Of a stretch of DNA of 64,000 nucleotides, positions 1-13,445 are shown in pieces. The first letter of the stretch is position 1; every line of letters starts with the position of its first letter. The stretch spans positions 34,105,819-34,169,818 of the forward strand of contig JAHRHZ010000018.1 in NCBI GenBank assembly GCA_024137785.1, written 5' to 3'. The stretch comes from Ginglymostoma cirratum. Taxonomy: Eukaryota. The translations under genes and the position numbers were made by a program. The notes under the pieces were generated by a model. That model saw only the letters and a list, made by a program, of their open reading frames with translations. It was not told where the DNA came from and made no database searches.

Positions 1-1199
1 ATAGATTCCAAGGACTGGTATTTTAGTCACTACCAAGATGGGTTCAGATGCAAAGAGGGTGCTAAAAATAGTGCCACTAGCTTGCATACTGACTCCCTAT
101 CTCCATTCAGCCCCCATGGCATTCTCCCAGAGGTGAAGTCAGTTGGGGGACCCCTCCCCCCCGCCCAGGACCACCCCACTCATATGCAGGATGTAGCCGA
201 TTCAGTTTATAATGGTCACTGAAGGCCACCTTAAAGAAGTTGACTAATATTTTCCATTCAATATCCCGTTTCCAGCAAGCAGTGGGAAGCAGTGCTCCAG
301 GTAAGCCATTAGGTCCTCCCTACCTGCCTGGGTGCAGCAGCTGCTGCTGGTTATCCCATAGATTAGCCTACGTACAACCAGCCTGCCTCCCCCATGTCAC
401 ACAATCTGGCCTGGTTGCAAATACAATCTTTCAACAAGTTTTGTAAAAGTTTGTGAGAGGGTACCGCAAGTTTGAAGCACCCTCTCCCTCATATACTTAG
501 TAGTATTCCTACTGCTCTTCTTATGCAGACAGGCTTTGGGGTAGCAGTTTTTTAACCCTTTGGTGTTGAGGCAAGGGGTGGTGAAATAGCCTCAGATGAG
601 AATAATAGATACTTTTGCTATTACACACATCTGTAGTGGTTGGACTTGACCAGAGTTCTCCTGGCTGAGAGTTAGGGGCACTACCATTGTGCCACAAGCG
701 GACTCAAAGCTTCTGATTAGCTCTCAGGTTTCAACAGCCTGTTCACGGTGCTTAATTGGATGGCAAATGACCCATCAGGTTCCAAGGTAAAACACAATTG
801 AGAGATTGTTTCCAACATAGTGCAGGCAATTAAACTCTTTGCTCCTGGTGAGGGTACAGAAGTACATGGGGAAGTACAGGACCTGATGCTAGGAATTAGA
901 AGCAACTATAATTTTACAGATGCACAAAGTTAGGACTTGAAAATATACACAAACCAGCTTGTAGAACTTTTAGCTATTGAATATCATTAGTTCAGAGCAT
1001 TGTTTTGTCAGTTTTGCACTTTATCGGATTTGGGTGGGAACAGGAGGGATAAAATACTGGTTGGTATAAATGAACAGTTCTCTTATATCAGTCGCCTATA
1101 TTTTGATCAGCTGTCCCTGCCAAGTTCCTCCCTTCCACCTTTAATGCTCCCCAGTGCTCTCCACCAAGCTCATATTTTTTGGTAGTTCCTCTCCTATCT

Positions 1200-1440
1200 C
1201 ATTCATGGCCACTCGGAACCCATTTCCTCCACTTCCTGCTCCTTTAATCCTATTCCCATGAAACTACTGACTACCCAACCTCCAAGCCTGGAGTCAGGTT
1301 AGCCAGCATCATAAAATGGTTCCCTCTTCTTTAAATCTGCTGCTATCCTCCCTACTGTGAAAAAATAACCACTTGACCTCTCCGTTCTTGCAATCTACCA
1401 AGCTTCTTGATCATGTTTCTGCCCCCCAAATTCATTCTCA
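1200..1440 (+). mobile_element. Decayed L2/CR1 RT fragment
   Basis: ttaaatctgctgctatc..cctactgtgaaaaaa..cttgacctctccgttcttgcaatctacc resembles the K.A.I.P..KK..LD...L.NYRPIS coding region. Confidence 0.45.
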
Positions 1441-1459
1441 CCCCTCTCAGAACTGGATG

Positions 1460-2120
1460 ACAGTATTAGCAACTCATGCAGCTAAGAGAATGGGGGTTGA
1501 AGGGCTCATAAGTAGTGTTTGCTTGGCACAACTGTGCAAATTTGGAGCTCAAGGCAAAAAAAAAAACAGAGATGTATCCGGCTTGGTGGAGCTGGTTGTT
1601 GGTGAAGAACTGGAGTTGTGCCAGGGAGCAGTGGCTGGAATGCAGTGTGGTAATCAGAGGAAGTGTAGACCGAGGAAGGGAAGGTGATCACTGAAGGCAG
1701 AAGCATTCACTGTAGCAGTCTCAAGGCCGGATCAACAAAGACAGAGGAGTTGGTAATCCTTTGTGAGGTTTGGTGGGACTTGGTGACCCACTGTGGTATT
1801 AACTTTTGATGAGAAATACATGGGACTACTTTGGTCATATTTAATGTTTAGTATGCACTCTGGGTGTTTGATCACAGTGTGTTGTCCATGTTTGCCATAT
1901 GTTGGTTCTGTGTGTTAGGAATCGTACTTTTATTGGAGTTTCTAATACTGTTCTAACTCCTATAGTAACGTATTGATGTTTTAACCATGGAACCTTGTGG
2001 ATTTATTCTCTGAACACATTCCTGGGATCTCACCTCTTGTCTACTTTAAAAAATAAAAGTTATTAATCCCTGAATAGATTGCAACAATAAATTTAGTAGA
2101 CTGGTCTGAGATTGTAAGTT
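1460..2120 (+). mobile_element. Possible solo LTR
   Basis: LTR-like composition with aataaa and an ..ctggtctgagattgtaa end; no partner LTR seen. Confidence 0.3.
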
Positions 2121-2169
2121 AAACTTCGCTGTCTCATCTGTAGTCACAACAGTTTTCACATAGGTGCTG

Positions 2170-4130
2170 ATTGTTGCAATGGAAGTAAAGTGTACAAAAT
2201 AATTGAAAGAAGTTGTGAATTATCTTGTTACGTTGTTTGACACAGTAGTGTATTGTGAGGTATAAATATCTATTGTATGGTACTCTCTGTTGCCTGCTCT
2301 GATGGAAAGGTACAAATAAATTTAATTCATTTAAGCTTGCCTGCTGCTAAGTTGTTGTCTGTGCACTACAACAGAAAGATGGTGATGAAACTGGGATGGA
2401 ATTTGTTTCTACCCTTCATTTCAGAAATTAGGTGCTGAAGAACATTGTGACATTTTTTAGAACTCCTGCAGTTGCTTTTTAAGAGAGTTTGAACTACTTG
2501 AAAGAGGTCTCTGTTGTTGCACATTGTCTTCAGATACACAATAAGTCAATATTGTTCATAATGGGCAAAATGGCTCCGAAGACATTTTTGGGGACGATGG
2601 GGGAATTCAATTGTTACCAAGAGTAGTGGTATAATTGTAAACAAAAGTTTCACATTTAGCTGCAAATGGATAAATTAGGAGATAAGTGTAAACTAAATGT
2701 TTCCTTAACTGCGATGGGACCAGATGCTTTTGGTACAGTTTTTAATTCCTGTTGTCTGATCAACCCCAGTTTCTTATTTCTTTATTCATTCACAGGATGA
2801 GGGTGTCACTGGCCAGGCAGCATTTATTGCCCAGATGGCAGTTAAGGGTCAACCACATTGCTGTGGATCTGGAGTCACTTGTAGGCCAGACCAGGTAAGG
2901 ATGGCAGTTTCCTTCCCTAAATGGCATTAGTGAACCAGATGGGTTTTTTGCAACAATCAGCAATGGATTTATGGTCATCATTAAACTCTTAACTCTAGAA
3001 ATTTATTGAATTCAAATTCCACGATCTGCTTTGGTGGGATTTGAACTCAGGTCCCCAGAACATTATCTGGCTCTCTGAATTAACAGTCCAATGATAATAC
3101 CACTAGGCCATCACATCCCCCTAACAATTATGCTGCAATTAATTAAATTCTGAACTTGCAAGAGATCATGACAGAGAATGAAATTAAACTGAGAATGATG
3201 TTCCATCAAGGGAAACACTTGTCAAGTGAGAGTATTGCAGATCACATTCTTGTGTTTAAACACCTCTCTCACCAATGTGGTATGACATAAATCAACTTTA
3301 GGAAGCCAAAAGAACAATAAGATCCAGGCCATGCTTTTAAGCAAAGCTAATAAGCACACAAAAAGGTGACCTGTGATAAACCCATAGCCATGGATATGGC
3401 AGAAAGAGATAGCTGCAAATTGCAAACGAGTCCTTTTCCAGAGCTGGTATAGGAGGTCCTAGCAAGATCCATGTGACACCAGCCAAGTTCATAGTAAGGA
3501 ATTTAGATGCTACTGTTGCCATGACGAAAACCAACTATTTAAATGCCCCTTCTCATCATAGTGCTATGCCTGTGTGAAAGTGAGTTACATCCAGACAGCT
3601 TGCAGGAAGAGAGGAAACAGTAATGCTCCAAGTCGCAGTAAAGTTCCAGGTCACAGCCATGCACCAAGTTAAGGTCATGGTAGATCTAAAGCTAGTTCAG
3701 GAGACTGGAAAATCTTGAACATACATATGATAGACATGAAAACAGAAGTTAACATTATCAAGCAGAAAGATCAAGACTTGTACTCAGTCAAACAGCAAGA
3801 AAAACAGCACATGGAAGACGAGAGTAAAAGGGTTGAAGATATAAATCACTGGCCGCAGGAAAAATGGAAGCATAGATTCACAACTTACTTTCATTGTTGA
3901 TACAGCTGCAGCAGTATCTTTTACTTTAGAAGGAGAGTACAAAATGTCCCCAAATCATATTCTCTTATGCAAATTTGCAGTGAAATATCCTGTTATTTCA
4001 ATGAGAGCACTCCAGTGTTTGAGGAAGGGCAGAATATAGAGATGCATCCTTTACTTGACATTGGTGGTAACAAGAGAGAAGGAAATAGCTTAAGAAAGTA
4101 GGATAGAATCTTAGAGGTCAGAGCAACATA
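2170..4130 (+). mobile_element. Decayed Gypsy LTR retrotransposon 5' part (LTR end, PBS-like site, gag, zinc knuckle, protease), interrupted by a SINE
   Basis: aataaa...acaaca followed by a tggtgatga PBS-like site; gag-like remnants; CYAC.K zinc-knuckle remnant ~3565-3605; aspartic protease VDTAAAVS at 3896-3919. Confidence 0.6.
2782..3121 (-). mobile_element. tRNA-derived SINE, full length
   Basis: A box TGGCCTAGTGG, B box GAGTTCAAATCC, LINE-like tail gggcaataaatgctg...tgtgaatgaat; homologous to 44972-45297. Confidence 0.85.
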
Positions 4131-6479
4131 CAATGTTTGCAACAGAATCAGATGAGAAGTTTAGTGAAGCCAATCTTGGAAATATCTTACCCCATTTTTT
4201 ATGCTTTTCACAAGCAGCATAGTGAATTTTTCACCTTACAACAGCAACTTGCCAAGAAATGGGAATTTTTCTTGTTAAACACCTCATGCCATTCATATTT
4301 AGTATTCTATCTTACCAAACTCGAGAAACAAACTGGAATTCGAGAAAATGTAATTTGAAACTGCTTGCTCCAAACAACCTCCATGTTGCATGCAGTCAAA
4401 GTGCTTCTTTGAGCAGGATTCATGGGTCCCAGGCACATGCCCTCCCACTGTCCATGGACATTGGCATCAGAATGCGCCAACCCCTCACAACCATCATGAC
4501 AGTTCTCCAATACACTAGCACGCCACTTAGGAAGTGCAGACTTGCACTGCAGGGTGCAACTCGAAGTAGTACGGAAAGGCTGAAACAGGGACTCTTTGCA
4601 CTCATAGCTAAACACCAGCTCATGCGTTGGACCAGGCTGTTCATATGCTCTCTTAGTACTCACTCACTTAGCATCTATATTTTGCCTTGCCATGCCATGC
4701 CCTGCCCGTCAGCACGTCCGTGCTTCAGTCATAACCAATAGTCTTTCAGGAAGACTCACAGACAGGTTGGTTGTTATACTTGTCAGTAGGGATTTGTCTG
4801 GGAATATCTTGATGAATAGTACAGCAATACATCAATGTAACACCTACAGCATGTGCATGACAAACATACTGCACATTCATTCAAACAAATAGCCATTTTG
4901 AAAACTGGAGGGGTTTAGTCCTCAGTCCAGTCAAGGGAATCTATTGTCAGTTAGAGGGCCCCAGAACTATCAGATATGGGGACAGTCTGCACACAGTCCA
5001 GGGCTTGGTCATAGTCAGTCGCGTGCTTGGGATTCTCATGTTTTGGGGATCTGTCCTAATGCAGTCCAGAGAGTGAGCAGCAGGCAGTCCTGTCAGGGGA
5101 ATCACATAGTGTTGTTCGGGGAGCTCCAAAAATATCAAGCAATCAGGGTCTGATCAGTCATGTACTTATCAAAGCCGGTCAGATGTCTGGGGTGTTTACA
5201 GTCTTGGGTAGCGGGTTTTACAGGATGCCCATCTACCAATGATATAAGAAAGCTCAGGAGGGTGGTGAGGTTCTGTAGAGTCAGCGGCGGGGGGAGGGGG
5301 GGGAAATTACTGCCCAAAGGGGTGGGGGAGTCAAGATGGTGATGGGGGGGTGGAAGCAGAGGCATTTGCAGAGGTGGGGACAATGACACTGACAGGGAAA
5401 ATTCAAGGCGAATCGGAGGAATGTGGAATAGCATCACGGGGCACAGTAGACCCCAGAAAGGGGGTTGATCGCAGTGACCATCACCGTGCCTCCACAGGAG
5501 GAGCACAGAGCAACATAGTGGCATCATTAAAGCATAATGTCAAGGTTCAGGGGACAGGGAAGATAGCTGTGGAAGGAATTCAATGTGCTGGGCTTTCACA
5601 TGATGAGGTGGGTAATGCATGGCAAAAGGGGATATAGATCCTTTTAGCGGTATACGTGGCAACGAGGCGAATGGTGTCCACCATGAGCTGTGTTTCCTGC
5701 CATCACTTAGCCATTGTCTCGATGCAAAGAGCTGCTGGAAAATGACTGGGACAACACCCAGGGTGCGTGGAGTAAGGGTCACTTTGAATGCAAAAGCACA
5801 GGATCCACAAACATTGGTTGCAAGGACATTAAAAGAGAAAATACATAAAGCAGCCATTTGCAAACCTCAGCTATATTTAATTTGCACATTTGTAATACAT
5901 TCAGTGTGAGAATTCTAGGGGTCAGATGCTGTTCAAAGGTGAGTTGCAAAATGCCATTGGTGCTTAAAGATTGAACCTGGGTATCTCAATAGTATTTAAA
6001 TCAGCAGCAAAATTGTTACAAAAGGCCATTGCTGCCTGAAGGGGAATGATAATGTGTACAGCTTCTAATGGTCCTGTGAGCCACCCAGCATTGATTCATT
6101 TTCTGTCATGAAAGTGTTGCAATAGTGTCGAGTGAATGCAGTGTGAAGCTCAGTGTTTGATGTGTGTCTGGGATTGAAAGGCTTTCAGGATGTTCAGACA
6201 CTCCTTTACAATGATATGTGGTGGTCACTCAACCAGAACAACACCTTCAACATGTTGCTGCAGAGGCAGAAGCTGAATGTGGGTGCATGATGGAGACATG
6301 TTTGCCATTGGGTTGCAGAGTGTCTCACTGTGAGAAGTGTGCATCCCTCATCTGCAAAGTCTGCCACTGGATGACTCATCTAGGATCTAGCATCCTCTTT
6401 CATTCCTTCTGTTTCTATATTAGGTCAGTTCCACTTAAAGTCCTGCACCAAGCCACTGGTGGGTCCCTGTGGCTGGCTT

Positions 6480-7560
6480 CCTAAGAAAGAAGAGACAGAT
6501 GCAGGAGGACCAGTAATCCCAGGGACAGCAGCAGGTTCCCATGGAGGACAAATACCACCCAGATCAGGGAGAGTTCACTACTGCGTAACCCCTCAGGATG
6601 TGTGGAATGTTCAGGAAGCCCAGAGCTTCTTCAGCCCCACTCCATTTCCTGGGGCTGAGTGAGGCACAGTGACGATGCAGGCTCCATATGCCCTGGGACA
6701 CAGTGCCGGACTTTGCTTGATGCTAGAGTGGGACCCGAGGGCTGCAGGAGAGGGAGGCCACCCTCTCTCGGTGGCTGTGAAGGTCACTGTGCCTCTGAAT
6801 GTTTATGCAACTGGCCTCTTCCAGGGAGAGACAGATGATCCATGGAGGATCTACCGGTCATGCATCCATAAATGTATCAGAACAGTGATCAATTCCATCT
6901 GTGCGAGGTCACACCGGTTCATTTCATTTCCCCAAAGACGAGGTCAGTGCTGCAGCCTGGACAGTGAGCTTTGGGAACATAACTGGATTTCCCTGGGTAC
7001 AGTGTACACACGTGGCACAGATAGGGCCATATCACAACACTGTGGAATTCACCAACTGGAAGGGGTCCCATTCATGTATGTGATCTGTGATCACCATTAG
7101 AGCTTCCTGGAGCTGTGCGCCCACTACCCAGGCAGCTGCCATGATAGCCATATCTTGGAGCTCTCTCATGTACATTTGAGGGTCTGGGGACCTTACAAGG
7201 CTGGTGACTGAAAGTTAAGGTCTTCCCACTGTGAGCACGGCTGATGATACTATTGTGCAAACCCCTGATTGTTGCGGAGGGCAGATACAATGCCACCCAT
7301 CCTTTGAGCAGGGACCATGGTGGAGTACACAGTAGAGCTGCTGAATCTGTGGCTCTACAGTTTGAAGTGATCTGGGGGGTCCTCCAATATAGACTGGACA
7401 GAGTTCGCCACATCTTCCTGGGGTAAGTTTTCTGAGGAGGACAACAAGGACTCTGGAAGGAGGAAACTGTCATTGTCCATTACAGAGCTCAGTTACATAA
7501 GCCAGACAGAACTCGATTGACATCCAGTTCTGGTAGATGCAGGCTGGGTACCGTAGACCA
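6480..7560 (+). pseudogene. PIF/Harbinger (HARBI1-like DDE) transposase remnant; probable terminal repeat ends at ~8189
   Basis: LSVAVKVTVPLNVYATGLFQG..CIHKCIRTVI..FISFP; GFPWVQCTHV..FTNWKGSHS..VICDH; EGRYNATH; GVLQY. Frameshifted. Confidence 0.8.
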
Positions 7561-8379
7561 ATGTGGACTGCAAAATAGTCATTGATAATATTGATTCTGA
7601 AATCTGACATGCATTGTCAGTGAACTTTAGCCTCTATTGATTTTGTTTGTTTTCGCTTTTGATGTCCATTAATAAAAGCATATGTTTGGATTTGTGCAAT
7701 TGTTTGCTTGTATATGATGCTCCTCTGCTGGACAATGATAAGCTGTGGTATCTATTGGGGACTGGGTGGTGCTGACGGAAAGGGTGTTCAGATGGGATGC
7801 AGACACAGATAGGTAGAGCGTTTGTGTGTGCTGGTTAACAGCAATGAGGGGGCTTGTATGTGAGAAGGAGTGTCAGCCATGCCTGCTTCATGCAATGGAC
7901 AGCATGGCTTTGTGGCTGCTATGCCATCAAATTGCTGATGAGGGACAACATCAGATGGCCAACACTTGTCCTGGTGCATAGCAGCCTTTCAAAGAAGGCA
8001 TACATGTAAGGGATTCTCGTAATTCAGTTTTCAGGTGAACAGCGCATGCTAGGATGGAGCAAGAATCAGATGTGAGGAACACCATAGCAAAGGGCTAATT
8101 TGTTAATGCAGTAAGTTTGGAATGATGGGGTGAGAAACTCACTAGGCCTTGCAGCCAAAATCCCTCCAAAAAATGCAAGATTCAGCCCATAGTGTTCAGC
8201 TAGGCTGAGATATTTGTGGTTGGAATCAGTAAGAATACGTTTGTCATTGAGGGAGAGGTAAAAGAAGACAAAGTAGTCTTTGAACAAAATGGACCAAATG
8301 AAAAAAAATTAGCCATCAGTTCAAAATCCTAAATCAAGCAAATCTTGTAAATGGGGATGGTGTTTCAGGATTTGCTGTG

Positions 8380-9390
8380 AAGACTTATTCACTTTTCGTT
8401 ACTGAATTAGCTGCTAATTACTCTTTGAACATAAATTACATGCCACCGGAGAAGTTACTGAAGAAATTCACAAGGATCTGCTGCTTAGTGAAGTACCCAA
8501 TTACTTCGTGAATGGCTGGCTTATGGTGGGAAGATGGAAAAATACAGGACTGTTACATACATAGAAATGAATTGAGTGTAGATCAAGACTGTTTCCTAGT
8601 GTGTTTAAGAGTTATTAATCTGCCAATGTTTAGACAGATTATCAGAGGAACTTCATCAAGTGCACTTAGGTATAGTCTGTATGAAAAATGTGGAAGAAAA
8701 GTTATCCAAAAGGAGATAGAGCATTGAAGATGTGGCAAAAAGTTGTGAAGTGTGTCTCAGAATTAGGTATAATTTAACGAATGTTCCTTCCATTCTACAG
8801 TCAAAGACAAGTAAACATCGCGAATGAGGACGTGTTAATTTCTTTGAAATGAAAGATAACAAATACTTGTTTTCATCAATATGTACAGTTATTGGATAAA
8901 ATGTGTGTCTATGTCTAATACCACAACTGCCAAAACTGTTGCGGTTTTTAAAAAGTTTGTTTACAATTAGCATGTTGTCAAGCATGTTGATGTCAAATAA
9001 TGGTGTCCAGTTTACATCAGAAGAGTCTAAAATATTTCTGAGTACCAATACAGTTAAACGTACTCTCATACCAGCATATCACCCACCAACTAATGATGCT
9101 GCAAGAGGAACTGTGCAGATTGTGAAATGGTCTTTACAGAAATATTTATCAGTGACACATTGACCACTAATTTCAGGTGGAGTTATTCTGTAAGTGAACA
9201 GAAAATAGTTTTCCCTATTCATTTACAGAATAACTCCACAGCCCAGAACTGGTTCCTCACCTTACAAGTTAGTGTCTTATCACACTCCTAGGGCAGAATC
9301 CGGTTTGGTCAAGCCTGACGTCAATAGCAAAGTAAGAAAAAAAAACAAAGTGCTCATCAGACAGGCTGATCAACAGCAAATAGAACTCAA
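8380..9390 (+). mobile_element. Gypsy integrase remnant (zinc-binding and rve domains)
   Basis: ELSVDQDCFLVCLRVI and NNGVQFTSEE..FLSTNTVK..IPAYHPPTNDAARGTVQIVK match the Gypsy rve consensus (DNGPQF...PYHP.SNG.AER.VQT.K). Confidence 0.8.
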
Positions 9391-9399
9391 TCGAGATCA

Positions 9400-10200
9400 A
9401 TATGAGACAAGGCACTTGTGCAGGACAAACAAGGCAAGGGAATACATGAAGAATGGTAGGACACTGGGGAGCAACAAGGATCAGAGGGACCTTGGTGTAC
9501 ATGTCCACCGATCCTTAAAGGTATTGGGACAGATGGATAATGTGGTTGACAAAGTATTTGGGATACTTGCCTATATTAGCTGAGGCATACAGTTTAAACA
9601 CAGGAAGGCCATGTTGGAACTGTACAAAACAGTGGTTAGGCCACAGCAAGAGTATAATGCACATTTCTGGAATCCACTTTAAAGGAGGGCTGTGATAGCC
9701 CTGGAGAAGGTACAGAGGAGATTTGCCAGGATGTTGCCTGGGTTGGAGAGTTTCAGTTACGAAGAGAGATTGGACAGACTGAGATAACAAGGTGTGGAGC
9801 TGAATGAACACAGCAGGCCCCCAAGCAGCATCATAGGAGCAGGAAAGCTTGACGTTTCGGGCCTAGACCAGTTTGTTTTCCTTAAAGTAGAGGAGACTGA
9901 GAGGGGACATGATTGAAATGTATTAAATTATGAGGGGCATAGATAGGGTAGACAGGAAGAGACTTTTCTCCTCGATACAGGGGTCAATGGCCAGGAGACA
10001 CAATTTTAAGGTAAGGGGCAGGTTTAGAGGAGATGTGGGGAATAACTTTTTCACTTAGAAGGTGGTGGGAATCTGGAACTCACTGCCTGTGAGGGTGGCA
10101 GAGACTAAAACCATCAGTATTTTTAAGAAGTTTTTAGGTGCGTACTTGAGATGCCACGCCATACAGGCTACAGGCCAAGTTCTGGAAAATGGGATTAAAA
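9400..10200 (+). mobile_element. CR1 LINE 3' fragment
   Basis: QRDLGVHVHRSLKV...FGILAYIS and VVGIWNSLP...TISIFKKFL are CR1 ORF2 C-terminal motifs. Confidence 0.85.
9781..9869 (-). mobile_element. Short subfamily B insert, truncated within the hammerhead, inserted into a CR1 3' fragment
   Basis: Minus strand ggtctaggcccGAAACGTCaagctttcctgctcc...gttatctc; CUGANGA is missing. It interrupts the CR1 sequence ...ggacagact|gtttgttttcc. Confidence 0.8.
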
Positions 10201-10205
10201 TAGTT

Positions 10206-10930
10206 ATAGAGTCATATAGAATGGAAACAGACCTTTCGGTCGAACTAGTCCATGCCGACCGTGTTCCCAAACTAAAATAGTTCCATCTGCCTTGGTTTGG
10301 CCCATAGTCCTCAAAACCTTTCCTATTCATGTACTTATGCAAATGTATTTTAAATGTTGTGACAGTTACCTGCATCCACCACTTCCTCTGGCAGTTCATT
10401 CCACACACAAACTATTCTCTCTAAAAAAGTTACCCCTCATGTCCTTTTTAATACTTTCTCCTGTCACCTTAAAAATATGCTGCCTAGTTTTGAACACCCC
10501 CACCTTTGGAAAAGATCTTTGCTATTCACCTTATCTGTGCTCCTCATGAATTAATAAACTTCTATAAGATCACCCTCAAACTTCTACGGTCAGTGAAAAA
10601 AGTCCCAGCCTATTTTTATAACTCAAACCGTTTATTCCCAGCAATATCCTGGTTATTTTTCCGAACCATCTCCAGCTTAATAATATCCTTTCCATGGCAG
10701 AGCAACCAGAACTGCACACTGTACTCAAGAAGAGGCCTCACCAACATCCTGTCCAACCTCAACATGACGTCCCAACTTCTATACTCAAAGGTCGTAACCA
10801 TGCTGTCTACTGTTATGCAAATTCCAAAGAATTATGTACCTGAACCCCTAGGTCTCTTCGACAACATTACCCAGGGCCTTACCATTAGTCGTATAAGTCC
10901 TGCCCTTGTCTGTTATATCAACATATAAAT
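10206..10930 (-). mobile_element. CR1 LINE 3' fragment
   Basis: EYRSWDVMLRL..LVRPLLEYSVQFW; 3' ctatgactctat tail. Confidence 0.85.
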
Positions 10931-11247
10931 TGGGCAGTTTTTTTTTGACCAGTGTGGATTTGATAATCTGAAGGGCCTTTCTTTGTACTGTCAATCTCTG
11001 ACTCTCTTTCGGTAGCAGTTATTCTAACTAAATCATAACCCCAAAATGCAATGAAAAATAATACAGTTTAGTCCAAATCTGCTCAGCCAAAATTCAACTT
11101 TTAACAGGTTGCTCCTAATGATGGCTATTAGTAAGCATGACTTGTATTCTAAAATTTTCTTAATTCTTTCCTTCTCTCCTGAAAGTATTGGGATTTCATA
11201 GATAGCTGCTGTCCTCCAGCATCTCATCAAAGACACATTTAAGAATT

Positions 11248-12505
11248 ATAGAGTCATAGAGATATACAGCACGGAAACAGATCATTTGGTCCAACTCGTC
11301 CATGCTAAGCAGACATCTTATGTAAATCTAGACCCATTCGCCAGCATTTGGCCCATATCCCTCTATACCCTTCCTCGTATACCCATCCAGATGCCTTTTA
11401 AATGTCGTAATTGTACCAGCCTCCACCACTTCCTCTGGCAGCTCATTCTATTCATGCACCACCCTCTGTGTGATAAAGCTCCCCCAGGTCCCTTTTATAT
11501 CTTTCCCCTCTCACCGCAAGCCTATGCCCTCTAGTTTTGGACTCCCCTGCCTTGGGGTAAAGACCTTGCCTTTTTACCTTATCCATGCCCCTCATGATTT
11601 TATAAACTTCTATAAGGTCACTCCTCAGCCTCCAACGCTCCAGGGAAAATAGCCCCAGCCTATTCAGCCTCACCCTATAGCTCAAACCCTCCAAGCCAGC
11701 AACATCCTCATAAATCTTGTGAGCCCTTTCTAGTTTCACAACATCCTTCCTACAGCAGGGAGACCAGAATTGCACACAATACTCCAGAAGTGGCTTAACC
11801 AATGTCCTGTACAGCTGCAACATGATTTCCCAGCTCTTATACTCAATGCACTGACCAATAAAGACAAGCATATCAAACGCTTTCTTCACTATCCTATCCA
11901 CCTGCAACTCCACTTTCAAGGAACTATGAACCTGCCTGCAAGGTCTCTGTTCAGCAACACTCCCCAGAGCCTTACCATGAAATGCGTAAATCCTGGATTT
12001 GCCGGTCCAAAATGCAGCGCCTTGCATTTATCTAAATTAAACATTATCTGCGACTCTTCGACCCATTGGCCCATCTGATCAAGATCCCATTGTACTCTGA
12101 GATAACCTTCTTTGCTGTCCGCTACACCTCCAATTTTAGTGTCATCTGCAAACTTACTAACCATACCTCCTATGTTCACATCCAAATCGTTTATATAGAT
12201 GACGAAAAGCAGTGGACCCATCACTGATCCTTGTGGCACACTGCTGGTTACAGGTCTCCAGTCTGAAAAGCATCCTTCCACCACCACCGTCTGTCTACTA
12301 CCTTTGAGCCAGATGTGTATCCAGATAGCTAGTTCTCCCTTATTCCGTGTGACCTAACCTTGTTAACCAGTCTACCATGAGGAACCTTGTCAAATGCCTT
12401 ACTGACATCCATGTACATCACACCCACTGCTCTGCCCTCATTAATCCTCTTCGTTAATTCTTCAAAAAAAAATTCAATCAAGTTAGTGAGACGCGATTTC
12501 CCATG
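11248..12505 (-). mobile_element. CR1 LINE, 5'-truncated, with RT core
   Basis: MDVSKAFDKVPHGRL, WRPVTSSVPQGSVMGPLLFVIYINDLD...KFADDTKIGG, LVKPLLEYCVQFWSP; ctatgactctat tail. Confidence 0.92.
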
Positions 12506-12810
12506 CAAGAGGCAGCAGAAGAAATGCACATTATCCTCTGTTTCAACCACTTATGTAGAGCTTGGCTCTAATGCCTGCATACAAACCTTCTTGTCAACTG
12601 GGTGTGGGAATCCCTGCTGATTTCTTTTCCTCCCGAACCTGAGGGACTAAATTTATGTGGAGCCAGGAAGGCTCTGTGGACCTAAAAATGGCAGGTAAGT
12701 CCTGGATGCAGAAATCTTCTTCACTTTCCAATGATCCAGTTTTTATCTGTGGAGGAATGGGCCACACTTGATTCACAAAGGCAGAGACCAAAACCAAGTA
12801 AGTCCATATA

Positions 12811-12882
12811 ATTCTGATGAAGGGTCACTGGATCTGAAACAGTGACTCTGCTTTCTCTCCACAGATATTACCAGACCTGCTA
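12811..12882 (+). mobile_element. Short subfamily A hammerhead-derived insert (3'-truncated)
   Basis: CTGATGA-AGGGTC(ACTG)GATCT-GAAAC..gactctgctttctctccacagat..ccagacctgct. Confidence 0.7.
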
Positions 12883-13289
12883 ATTTTGTCCCGTTTGTGT
12901 TAGGGCTGTGCCAACTTTGTACAAAGCTTAAACAGATGTCATTTGCGCTGCTTTGATTGAGAGGCCATCTGGTGAAGTTGGAAAAAGTAATTACCATTTG
13001 TTTGTGCTTTTTCTATGGAGTATTTTGTTGATAGTTAACAAAAGGCTAATATTACATTAGAATAAAGACTTGGCTAAGTTTCAAAGGCACAAATATCTCA
13101 GCACAATGTTCTGAGTTCAGAGCTTGTTAGTTTAAAGAGGCTATTAAAGAATTAGCTATCTGTGATGCAGGATCTAAATGGAAGACTTCTTCTTGTTTAC
13201 CCATTTAGGGAATCCCCCAACTTAAACAACCCTCCTTAATAGTGAAAATTTAGTCCACTAGGTGCAATTTTCATTATTAGTTAATGGAA

Positions 13290-13445
13290 TATGTGTACTG
13301 CTGGCTGACGCCTCATTAATTGTTTATCACTAATTGCACAGAGGATAGTTAAAATTCAACCACATTACTATAGATCTAGAATCACACATAAGCCAGACCA
13401 GGTAGGATGTCAGATTTCCTTCCCTAAAGGGCATTAGTGAAGGAA
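13290..13445 (-). mobile_element. Partial copy (3' half) of the same SINE
   Basis: caaccacatt...ccagaccaggtaggatgtcagatttccttccctaaagggcattagtga. Confidence 0.65.

Noticed and set aside
4200-5900. Several 100-160 aa ORFs, possibly an L1/Tx1 remnant on the minus strand
   Set aside because: Motif similarity too weak to call; no intact endonuclease or RT motif recognised.
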